Assembly: GCA_028534125.1 (NCBI GenBank)
Contig: CM052816.1
Span: 89,220,001-89,284,000 of the forward strand
Direction: 5' to 3'
Source of the DNA: Lama glama
Lineage: Eukaryota
Length of the DNA: 64,000 nt
Part shown: in pieces, positions 53,189 to 64,000 of the stretch
Position numbering within the stretch: position 1 is the stretch's first letter
Layout of the letters: each line of letters begins with the position of its first letter
Made by a program: the position numbers and the translations under genes
The notes under the pieces: model-generated
The model's database searches: none
The model's input: the letters and a program-made list of their open reading frames with translations, nothing else
What the model was told of the DNA's origin: nothing

Positions 53189-53350
53189 CAGTATTTCTTA
53201 AACATTACTGAAGATCAGAATCACTTGATGAAACAAGGAGACCTGGCCCCATCTCCAGAAATTTACTAGGTCTGGAAGGGGCCTGGGGATTTGTATTTCT
53301 AAGCTCCTAGTTGAAACTCTATCTGTATAGAACACAATTTAAGTACCAAA
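53189..53350. mobile_element. MER5-type hAT MITE
   Basis: 'cagtatttcttaaac...atcagaatcacttg...taggtctggaaggggcctggggatttgtatttctaagctcc'. Confidence 0.7.
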
Positions 53351-53959
53351 ATTCTGAGACATGCACACTGACTCAAGTTATTTTTTATTGCATTCTTCTT
53401 CTGAGAAATATTATTAATTTGTTTAGCATGTAATTTATTAAAGCAAAGTGAAAGCTTCAAATCATTAGGAAGCCTTTTGCTGTGAGCATTCTTTTGGCTT
53501 TAAGTAAGCAAATGCAGTTCCTCTCAATAAAGAAAAGAATAACTTTATCTTCTCCATTTATCCCTAAATTCTTCTCTTTGTCTAAAAACCACCTTGAAAA
53601 TATCTCAAATGAGTTATAGTTGGAAGATATACATGTATACACACACACACACACATATTCCTTCTAAAAATCTGGCTTCCCAAATATAGCCACTTCTTAA
53701 TCTACATGATAATTGATAAACTCTTATTTGTTTTAGTTGCATTAAATCAACATGCAATTTTATCTGTTGTGGCTAAAAAAGATAGTATTTATTAAAACAT
53801 TACTACTGGAAAACATATTGTGTTTTGAGGACCATGCACAGCTGGGAGCTGCATACTACCTCAAGCACCAGATGCTCTATTTACTGTCATTTGTTTAAAA
53901 TTATTTACACACATGGGTGGGTGAGCAGAAGGATGTGGAGGCACCAAGCATTCTTATTA

Positions 53960-55020
53960 TTCCAAAATTAATTAAATTTTTCTAGATACTGCATTTCTAT
54001 GGCTTAAAATAATATAAAAGGGAAAAATAAAATATATACAAGAAAGTGTCTTCTTTCTATCCAGTACACTCGACCTGGTTTCCACTCTTCTTCATGTAGG
54101 AGACAACCATAATTTTATCATATAGTTTTTTTGAAGATGGTTGCACATTAAGAAGTAATTATAAATGCATATTTTATCATTAAAAAAACACTTAGTATCA
54201 CACCCTATATGCTATTCTGAAGCTTGTCTTCTTTTAACAGTATATCTTGGCCATCTCTGCATATCCATACATAAGGCACTACCTAGTGTTCCATTCCACA
54301 GACCTCTCATAATCCCTCTAGCCTAGTCATCTGTAAAAAGATACTAGCAAGTAAGTGTTAACAGGTGAACTTTTGCTGCAACAAAACATTTCCATTTAAC
54401 ATGGTGTTGAGCATCGCATAAATGGTACGTAGATAATTTCCTGGTTGTATGATTAAATCTTATACAAAATGTCCCTCGTATGGCATGAAAAGTATATGCT
54501 GACTACCTTTTATTCCTTCTTTTCAATTTTGAATGACATATTTTCACAATCTCTAGTACAAATTACTAGAGTGAATGTATTAGTTAAGAATTATAAGCTT
54601 TATCATTTTTACAGAAATTGATGATTATCCTCAAAAGAATTGGCCTGTTTTACATAACCATAAGCAACCTGTCAGAGCGCATAACTCCTCCCACAGTCTT
54701 GCCAAAAGGGTTTAGATTGTTTTAACAATTCATTGAGTGAGAAATTGGATGTCAATGTAGTTTTATGGTTTTAATTCCCATGTCTCTTATTATGAGTGAG
54801 GTTGATGATTCTCTTAACAGATTTAAAAGTTGGCTTTGTTTTTGTTGTGTTTCGTTTTCTTACATTTTCTCCCTGGGAACTGTCCATTATGTGCCTTGCC
54901 CAACTTGGGGGGATGGAATTATTGAGCACTTTACTTCCTTTGCTTATCATGTTCATGCCATGTAGACATTTTTAGTTTTTACAAATTGTTTTTTAACATT
55001 ATTTTTAAAAGATTTCATGG
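53960..55020 (-). mobile_element. Decayed old L1 (L1ME-type) fragments
   Basis: 'ttaacagtatatcttggccatctctgcatatc', 'cccacagtcttgccaa', 'tggttttaattcccatgtctcttattatgagtgaggttga'. Confidence 0.6.
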
Positions 55021-55477
55021 GTTAAAAAAAGAGGTTTCCCACATTACAGCCTAATACATTTTATGGGGCTAGCTCTATAGTTGTCAAGATTAGTTGGCCT
55101 ATGCAGTTCAAGGCTTCATCTCTCACCAGAGGTGGATTACTCTCTGAAAATCTGCTCTTTGCATGATTCTGGGTGCAGTCTTCCCTCCTCTGTTTTACTG
55201 AACCATTCTGGATCCAGGAGCGTTTTTCTACTTAACTGACACCTTCCTCCCATACCCTAGATCTCATTGCAGATAAGGTTTTATCCCTGGGTGTGCACCC
55301 TCACCCTCTGAAAGTTTATTTTGGCTAAGATTTACTACTAATGACTCCACTTCTGTGATCTCTTTCCATGGTCCCTTGCCTCTGATCCCTTCCACGTAGC
55401 TCATGGAAAGTACTTTGGTTCATTCCTACACTCTTTGGAAACCTTTATATATAATTTAGACTCTAGGGATTAAATGT

Positions 55478-55680
55478 CATTTAGGAGTGAAGGTTAGTGT
55501 TTCCCAAAATTCATATGTTGAAGCCCTAACCTCCAGTGTGGCTATATTAGGATCTGGGTCCTCTAAGGAAGTAATTAAGGTTAAATGAGGTCATAAGGGT
55601 AGTGATTCAATAGGATTACTGTCCTGATAAAAATAAACACCAGAAAGCTGTTCTCTCTCCCTCCCTCCTCACATGTGTGA
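55478..55680 (+). mobile_element. MaLR LTR 5' part (MLT1A/MST-like)
   Basis: 'cccaaaattcatatgttgaagccctaacctccagtgtggct...ggaagtaattaaggttaaatgaggtcataagggt'. Confidence 0.85.
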
Positions 55681-55914
55681 ACTGAGTACTGCCAAAAGGT
55701 CGAATTCTAAGACAGATAATGAGAAATAGAAAATAGATGAGTTTCAGTACAGCTATTAGAGCAGATGTAAAACAAAAGAACTTTAGGAACACATGCCCCC
55801 CTATTTGGATGTCTGTGCTCACGTGTGAATCCACATGGTCCAGCACTACAGGCAGTTGTTTCACAACAGGTTGCCCTCCCCAAAGCGGATCAGTAGAATG
55901 ATCATTGTTTTACT

Positions 55915-56125
55915 GGTAATAATGATAATGATATTATTATAAATTACACCTGAGAGATTTATATATGCCAGGCTCTTGGAGATATGATCTCATGTAATAA
56001 TTTTATCATTCATAATGAGCATTGCTGTTATGCTCAGTTCAAGCCTGTGAATGAGAATGAGACTGAAACTCAGATCAGCCTGACTCCAAAGCCCTTGTTT
56101 TCAAGACTACCAACTGGCTAATCCA
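55915..56125 (-). mobile_element. MIR SINE
   Basis: 'tatatgccaggctctt...tctcatgtaat...gaaactcagatcagcctgactccaaagcccttgttttc'. Confidence 0.7.
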
Positions 56126-57984
56126 GACAGTCTCTCTTAAGGACAAGGTGTGTAATGAAGATTTGCTCTCTACATTGATAATATACAAAGTTAACTTGAT
56201 GTGGGTGAAAAAGTGTGAACAATCCCTTTTTTCCTTGTTAACTGTATCTTCAATGAGCTTAGTTATCTCCGTGTACAAAACCATGCTAATAAAGACACAT
56301 TGCCTAAACAGGCTTTTTTTTTTTTAAATGATGTAACATAGAACACTCTATCAACTACTAAACTAAAAGCCTGGTTTTCTCTGGATTTTAACTTGAAGAT
56401 TTTAAATTAATCTTTTGAAACAAAAGGGGATTGTTGTCTGCAGATTTGAAAGAGCATATGGTTTCCAAGGGTACGGTGTCTATTCATCAATAAGACAGTG
56501 AGTATTTAATGTACATTCTTACAATTGTGTCATACGCGGTAGTTAAAAATGTTAGGTCTGTAGTAAACATCAGAGGCATTTATTATTAGGGAAAAATCAG
56601 TTATAAAACATTAATCTAATGTGACTCACTGTAAAAAATATCAAATCAGTTTTCTTCTTTTGCTTATCCTCTGTTGCTATAGCTATTAATAGGATTTACC
56701 TTCAGGATTGTGTATAGACATTAATTTTTTTTGTATGGAAAGTAGATCTTGGAGTCAAGCAAAGAAAAAGAGGGGTTTTTTGCATTTTTCATTTCCCTTT
56801 ATACTCAATTGTATTGTCTTTATTTATTTATTTTCTTACCATGAGAAGGTAACACTTTTATAATAAGAGCAAATGATAAAATCTTTATCATAATAAATAT
56901 TTCCAGGATAAAAATCTAGACCTAGAGAATATACTTTTTAATTATTTGGAATATGGATGTAAATGCCTTCTAAATATTCCCAATAAAGATATATCAGTTA
57001 AAAAGCCTTTATTTTTATGGGACCACAAGATAGCAATTATATATTAACAATGTGGGAAATTCCCCATGTAAACATATCAGCAAGTTATCTAATAATACTC
57101 TGGAGGACATTATACAGTTTTGTCATTTTGTTTTCACCATGATTCAACAGAGTTGTATTTTAGTAGCCAACAAGAATTAACTGGAGTGTCCACAGGGACT
57201 TTATTACAATCAGGAGACCCTTCCTTATATTCAGTTTTTTGAAAGATTTTATTATGTGAACATATTACCTTCTTAATTTTCTAATTGCTAAAAACTATAA
57301 AATAGCCTATATAGGAAACTGTAATAACTAGAACTATGAACAACAAATTGCAAATAAAAACTCTGAGATTTCAGATAGTAAAAATAAAACCCTTTAATTT
57401 CTAAGCTCCCTCAAAAAATAGGTACTTCATATGTCAGATTCTATCAATGCCTCAAAATTTAGTAATGCCTTGAAAATATTAGGGTTAATTTTCCTCTTGT
57501 AGGTGTGAGACACTGATAAAATAGATGACAAAGTTCTTCTGCAATTTCCCTGTGTCCTTTTTATTTGCTATAAATCAACATCTCAAAAGAAAATTTTTCT
57601 ACTATTAAAAAGAAAAACCCGTCTATGTTATGTAGAGGTTGTTCCTAGAGTTTACCCTCATTTGCAAGGATAGGCAAATCAGACTCATTTAAATCATAGC
57701 TCTTTATCTTACAGAAGCTATTAGAAGACACTTGAATATGTATGACTTCCGTTTTAGAAATAAAGATAATGACAATGTGGGAGAAAACTTGTATTAATCC
57801 TAAACATTATGTGTAGTTGATTATCATAGTGCATACATTTACTTTTTAATTTTAGGATAGTACACTAAATATGAAAAAGAAAAGTCCCTCCTTATCTTTA
57901 TATTTAAATTTTGTGGATAGAAAATGTAACATTTAATAAAAATAAATAAGAGTCAAATGCTTAAATGGGGTATCTATGTAACAA

Positions 57985-58225
57985 AAATGATATTACTGAC
58001 TAACACATTTCAGGGGCTTATTATGAATTAGAATGTATTCTCAATGCTTTATCTTCTTTTGATTCATATAATACTAACTATAATTTATAGGATAGATACT
58101 ACTATCATACTCATTCAACAGCCAGGGAACTTAAGCTTTGAAATATCAGATAATTCAAATCTCAAGGACCAATGGCAAAAAGACAGAAGCATAATGATTC
58201 CAACCTATGTCTATTTAAATTCAGT
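57985..58225 (-). mobile_element. MIR SINE (degenerate)
   Basis: 'actaacacatttcaggggcttattatg...ggatagatactactatcatactcatt...ggaacttaagct...ctcaaggacca'. Confidence 0.55.
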
Positions 58226-58903
58226 GTTAAAGAAAGACATTAAACTCAAATATAACTAGCTTCAAATCTTATCTTTCAAGCAAGCTATTTCAATGCTGTG
58301 AGTCTTAATATCTTCAAGTAGAAAATGATCATAAAACAATTTAGTCATATAGCATGTAGAGTATATGTTTAAATTGCTAATTTTTGTACTTCATTCTGTA
58401 AATATTAACATAAATTAAATGTTAAGGTAGGCTGATGGTCTCTGGGTTTTATATAAATATATTGTTTTAATTAGTTGTGTTATTCTTTCCCCCTTAAAAT
58501 ACTCATTCTAGGCTTCTGTGGTATCCCCACTACCACCACACTGCACATTTCTTCTACTTCTTATATAGGCTTTCGATCTTCTGCTTTTAACTCTAAATGT
58601 TGAATGCCCAGTACTGAGCTCTATGCCTTTGATTTCTTCCAACATGACTTTATTAACTCACAGCTTTAACTTACCTTAGTATCCTGCTAACTCTTATGCT
58701 AATAATACATTTAGTCCTGATCTCTCCACTGAACTTCATACTAGTTCAGTTGGCTTCCCCATCAACATCTTTCAGATGCCTCATAAATGACACACACTTA
58801 CTAAATTTAAAGACAAGTCTTCATTCCTGTCTTGTTATTCTCTACCCTTTATAATTATTTTTTGAATTTTATCTTCTATTCTAACAATCATAAGGTCTAA
58901 CAT

Positions 58904-58982
58904 ATAGATAGATGGATAGACAGACAGATAGATAGATAGATAGGTAGATAGATAGATAAGCTAAGACTATCTATCTATCTAT
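58904..58982. repeat. (GATA)n microsatellite followed by inverted (CTAT)n
   Basis: Seen directly. Confidence 0.9.
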
Positions 58983-59197
58983 AGCCCCCTTAAGCTGGTA
59001 CCTTATTCTCAGCTACCATCGTCTTTAACTTGCACTTCTGAAGTAGGCATCAAAACTTTTCTTTATTTAATCCTGTTGGTTCACCATATTCCATTCTCCC
59101 CATGAGTGCTAGAATGTTCTTTTAAATCAGATTGTTATACAAACCTCAGAATTTTCCAGTATTTCCTCATTTCAATTAGTATAAAACCAAATGTCCT

Positions 59198-61228
59198 GAG
59201 GGATGGCAGCACGATGGCAGAATAGGAAGCCCAGATCCTCCTCCTTCCCATGTAGACACTGATCAACAGCACCCAGAAAATCTTCCATTATGAGAAATTC
59301 GGAAACCAGTTACAAGCCTCCTGCACCTCAGGCAAGTGTGAAACCGGACATATCAAAATCAGTAGGAAAGTTTGTGGCACACTTACCATAATCCCTCCTC
59401 CTGGAACAGCACCATGCAATTGGGGTGAAATTCTAGTCTCTTGGCTTCTCCCTGGAGGAGGACAGAAGAGACTGGACCATATGTGTGTCATTCTTTATTT
59501 AGGGCGCCGCTCAAGAGACTGGTCTTTGTCTCTTCTGTCTCGAAATGCTGATAGGACCAGCAATAATGCCCACTCTCAGCATGTCTGTTCAAAATGGTAC
59601 TGGAAGTCCTAGTCAGAGCAACTAGGCAAGAAAAAGAAGGCACTCAAATTGTAAAGGAAAAAGTAACATTATCCCTAATCACAGATGACATGATCTTATA
59701 CATAGAAAAACCTAAAGATTCCACCAAAAAAAAAAAACTATTAGAACTAATAAACAAGTGCAACGGTTGAAGAATATAAAACCAACCTACAAAAATCAGT
59801 TGCTTTGCCATACAATAACAAGGAGCAATCTGGAAAGGATGTGAAGAAAGCAATCTCATTTACAATAGCGTCACAAGTAATAAAATACTTAGGAATAAAT
59901 TTAACCAAAGAGATGAAAGACTTGTGCACTGAAAACTAAAAAAACACTGCTGAAAGAAAATTAGACACAAACTGGAAAGACATGGCATGTTCATGCATTG
60001 GAAGACTTGATAGTGTTAAACTGTCCATACCACTCAAAACAATCTACAGATTCAATGTAATCACTACCAAAATCCAAGTAGCACTTTTTATATAAATGAA
60101 AAAATAATCCTAAAAGTTCATGTGGAACCCAAAGGATCCTGATAACCAAAACGATCTTCAGAAAGAGGAACAAAGCTAGAGATATCACACTTCCTGCTTT
60201 AAAAACATTACAAAAGCAATACGTATCAAAACAGTGTAATTGTTGCATAAAAACAGACATATAAACCAATGGAACAGAACTGAAAATGCAGAAATAAACG
60301 CAACTGATCATCAAGAGTGCCAAACATACACAATGGAGAAAAGATGGTCTCTTTAATAAATTGTACTGGGAAAGCTGAATATCCACCTGCAAAGAATGAA
60401 ATTTGGTTTTTGTCTCACACCATACACAACATTCGACTGAAAATGGATTAAAGACTTAAATATAAGACCTTAAACTACAAAACTCCTACAAGAAAACATT
60501 GGTCTTGGCAAGGATATTTTTTAATATGACACCACAAATAAAGGTATAAAAGTAAAAATAAGTGGGACTACATCAAACTGAAAGTTCTGAACAGGAGAGG
60601 AAACCATCAACAAAATGCAAAGGTAATCTATGGAATGATAGGAAATATTTGCAAGTCATATTTTTGATAAGGGGTTGATATCCAAAGTACACTAAAATGC
60701 ATACAACTCAAGCAAATATCAAAATATGATTAAAAAATGAGCAGAGGATCTGAATAGACATTTTCCCAAAGAAGACATACAGATGGCGAACAGATGCATT
60801 AAAAGGTGTTCAACATCATTAACAATCAGAGGAATGCGAATTAAAATCACAGAGAGATATCATCTCACACCTGTTTTAATGGCTATTGCCAAAATGACAA
60901 GAAATAACCAGCATTGTCCAAGATATGGAGAAAGGGGTCCCTCATGAACCATTGATGGGGATGCAAAAATGTGCAGCCACTATGGAGAATAGTATGGAGG
61001 TTTCTCAAAAAATTAAAAGTAGAACTATTGTGTATGATCCAGCAATCCCACTTTGAGGTGTATATATCCAAATGAAATGGAAACAGCTCTTAAAGAGATA
61101 CCTGCACTTTCATGTTGATTGCAGAATTATTCACAATAGCCAAGAGGTAGAAACAACCTAAATGTGCATCAAGGATCAAGGGATGAATGAACAAAGAAGA
61201 TGTGATATCTCTCTCTATATATATATAT

Positions 61229-61273
<45 letters not shown>

Positions 61274-61661
61274 TGTTTGTGTGTGTGTGTGTGAGAGGGA
61301 GAGAGTCAGTCCTGTTATATGCTACAATGTGGATGAATCTTGAGGACATTATACTAACTGAAATAAGCCCATCACAGGACAACTACCACATGCTGCTTAT
61401 GTGAAGTGTTCAAAGTAGTCAAATTCATCAAAAGAAAAAAAATCGAATGGTAGTTGCCAAGGGTTTGGAAAGGGGATGGAATGGTGGTTGCCAGGGGTTT
61501 GGGAAGAGGGGAAATGGAGAGTTGCAGTTCAATGGGTGTAAGATTTCAGCCATGCAAGATGGAAAGTTCTAGAAATCTGTACATTATATTTATAGGGAAC
61601 AGTGATATGCAGTTAAAATCTGATAAGAGGGAGAGCTCCTATATGTATGTTTTATAATAAT
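59198..61661 (+). mobile_element. L1 (L1MA9-L1MB-like) with 5' UTR joined to the RT/C-terminal half of ORF2; non-functional
   Basis: 5' start 'gatggcagaataggaagc'; ORF2 remnant from 'atgcccactctc...gtactggaagtcctagtcagagcaactaggcaagaaaaagaa' (CPLS..VLEVL.RA.RQEKE), 'acagatgacatgatcttatac' (ADDMI-like motif); 3' UTR to 61661; degenerate TSD aaaccaaatgtcct / aagccacatgttct (11/14). Confidence 0.9.
61207..61305. repeat. Compound microsatellite (CT)n(TA)n(GA)n(GT)n inside L1
   Basis: Seen directly; long uninterrupted (GA)n. Confidence 0.95.
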
Positions 61662-62874
61662 AAGCCACATGTTCTTAGCCACAGGGCTACACTGCCTCAG
61701 GAAGCTCAAAAATTAAAAAAAGCAATAATAAAAATGTCAATATCTCAAAAGCTCTTGGTGTTCTGACTTCTGTCAGTCTCTGATCTTGTAGCTCACTCAC
61801 CCCTTCCCAGGCTCAGCTCCATGACCTTGAAACACAGCTGGGTTTCATTTTTTCGTTCATTATAAGCTTATCTTGAACTAAGGACCTTGGTGTCCACTGT
61901 TTTCTCAGTCTGAAATGATTTTCCCTTTCATCTCTGCATTTGTCTTTTTGGTTCAGGCCTCTCCTCAAATATGAGGCCCACAGGAGAGGCCTTCTTTCTG
62001 ACCACTCATTTCAAATTGCCCTAAATTCATTTGCCTTTAAAACACCCTGTTGTATTTTCATTTTGTTTTTCTGCCATAGTGTATATTTTTACCTAAAACC
62101 TATTTGTATATTTATTTACTTTTTATGAATAATACAATAATTAACCAATAAAACATTTACTTCTTAGTTAATCAGTCATCTCCAGCATTAGAGCAGTGAC
62201 TGGCCCATAATAGATGCTCAAAAAATCTTTGCTGAATGTTAACTAAGTGACTGATTAAGTGAGTTTAATAGTTGAAATCAATATTCTTAAGTGAATGGCT
62301 TGAAACCCACAAGAAATGGTATCTTCTTCTAAAACTTCTTTAACTCTTTCAGATATAGACGATGCTGTTTTTCACCTCGACTCTTTTTTGCGTGTTATTC
62401 ACACATTTTAAAAATACATTATCACTTTCTAGTTACCTCACAGGGTTCCTGTGAAAATCAAATGATGAAGAATATGAGAATGCACTTATACATTATAATG
62501 TGCATACAATTCGTTCATAGCAATGTGGAATTTGTGTTATTTACATATGTTCTATTTCTCTCATCAGTCTCTGGTTACTTTATGGACTGCCTTCATTTCC
62601 ATTTTTTAAATCTTGCTATCCTGCAAAACTGCAGTACAATACTTTCATATATTGGAATTTGATTTTAAAATTATTATTGTGTACAGAACAAAGAGGCAGC
62701 AGATATGCCTGCAGTGTTGCATCCACAGTAGTTTGGTTCATATTGGCACCATTGACTGTATCATCAAACCATTTCAGAATTCAATTTTCATTGAAAGCCT
62801 CAATTGTAGTTTAGATCATTTAGGCAGTTAATTTTACCTGTGTAACAGATTAAGTTTATGTTTATTATTAGATG

Positions 62875-64000
62875 ATTCAGAAATTTATTTAAAGGATATT
62901 TCTTCATGCCCTCTCTACTACAAGTATTTGAGAAATGACAGAGGATATACATCTTGTTTTTATGAAGTTCACATTCTAGATTAAGAAAACAAAAAAATGT
63001 GATAAAGTTTCTGTTTTTGTTTTTGTTTTTTTATTGAAGCATAATCACTTACAATGTGTCAATTTCCAGTGCACAGCATATTGTCCCAGTCATGCATATA
63101 TATACATATATTCATTTTTGTATTATTTTTCATTAAAGGTTTTACAAGATATTGAATATAGTTCCCTAGGTTATGCAGAGGAAATTTGTTTTTTTGTCTA
63201 TTTTTATATGTAGTGGTTAACATTTGCAAATCTCAAATTTATCATTTATCCCTTCCCATCCCCTTTCCCCCGATAACAAGAAGATTATTTACTATGTCTC
63301 TGAGTCTGTTTCTGTTTTGTAAATGAGTTCATTGGTGTCCTCTTTTTACTTTTCTTTTTCCATTTTTTTTTAAGATTCCACATATGAGTGATATCATATG
63401 GTATTTTTCTTTCTGTTTCTGGCTCACTTCACTTAGAATGGTGATGTCTAGGTCCATCCATGTTGCTGCAAATGGCATTGTGTTATTCAATTTTATCACT
63501 GAGTAGTATTCCATTGTGGAAATATACCACAACTTCTTTATCCAGTCATCTATTGATGGACATTTTGGTTGCTTTCGTGTCTTGGCTATTGTATACAGTG
63601 CTGGATAAAATTTTATAGTACACAAAAAAAATACTGTTTACAATGTGTCATGTGTGTGGAGAAGAGTAAGCACCTGACTCGTGTAGGGTGGTGGGGATTG
63701 CAATCTGGGGAGGCTTAGAGTCAATTGTGCTTGTGTTTGAAGGGTGAGGATAAAAATTTTAAGGGCTAAGTTATTAGAGTACCCAAAGGTATGTGAGTGA
63801 GCATTGTGTGTTCAAATTACTATAATTATTAAGCATGTGGGGTATAGAGTTTTATAGGGGTATGGCTTATGATAAAATGTTCTCTTGATCTGTTAAGCAG
63901 TTTAAGCATAGGTTATGAAAATTGACAGATGGGTTATAATTAGAAAAGTTGTACAGATACTATGGTTGATGGCATGCAATAGGATAAAGGAACCCTGAGA
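62875..64000 (-). mobile_element. LINE-2 3' region, split by a younger L1
   Basis: 'attcagaaatttattt...gaagttcacattctag' before and 'gagtaagcacctgac...tctggggaggctt...tttgaagggtgagg' after the L1. Confidence 0.6.
63011..63603 (-). mobile_element. 5'-truncated camelid/cetartiodactyl L1 (ORF2 C-terminus + 3' UTR)
   Basis: Translates to ALYTIAKTRKQPKCPSIDDWIKKLWYI..MEYYS...MPFAATWMDL...LSEVSQ..K.KYHMISLICGI; T-rich tail at 63011; candidate TSD gataaagttt (63001-63010) / gataaaattt (63604-63613). Confidence 0.92.

Larger units (their letters stand above)
58490..62260 (+). mobile_element. LINE-2 split by the L1 at 59198-61661
   Basis: 'ctctaaatgttgaatgccca', 'tagtcctgatctctccactgaacttca'; after the L1 'aggaccttggtgtccactgttttctcagtctgaaatg' and tail 'tggcccataatagatgctcaaaaaatctttgctgaatg'. 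Confidence 0.75.

Noticed and set aside
63329..63625. 98-aa ORF with clear protein homology
   Set aside because: It is the C-terminal remnant of L1 ORF2 in a 5'-truncated insertion, not a host gene.

Overview
AT-rich, CpG-depleted mammalian genomic DNA, most likely camelid (alpaca/llama/camel). The taxon call rests on a tRNA-Ala-derived vic-1-type SINE at ~5.3 kb and several camelid-type L1 3' ends. I find no recognisable protein-coding exon, RNA gene, CRISPR array or prokaryotic-type system. The ORF track is explained by chance ORFs, repeat-derived sequence and one N-gap. The window is a layered transposon landscape: MIR, L2, old and young L1, about a dozen ERVL/MaLR LTR insertions, and hAT/Tigger MITEs, with a 500-N scaffold gap at 51774-52273. 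All family names come from recalled consensus motifs, not a RepeatMasker run, so subfamilies and most boundaries are approximate. Points worth a second look: (1) an unexplained diverged ~290-bp direct repeat 3.9 kb apart; (2) an ancient MaLR element retaining LTR-internal-LTR structure; (3) an L1 whose 5' UTR is fused directly to the RT region; (4) an L1 apparently inserted into the homologous position of another L1; (5) a minus-strand bias of LTRs/L1s hinting at an intron of a plus-strand gene; (6) a few weak exon/regulatory candidates. I cannot support a claim of a new biological system here.
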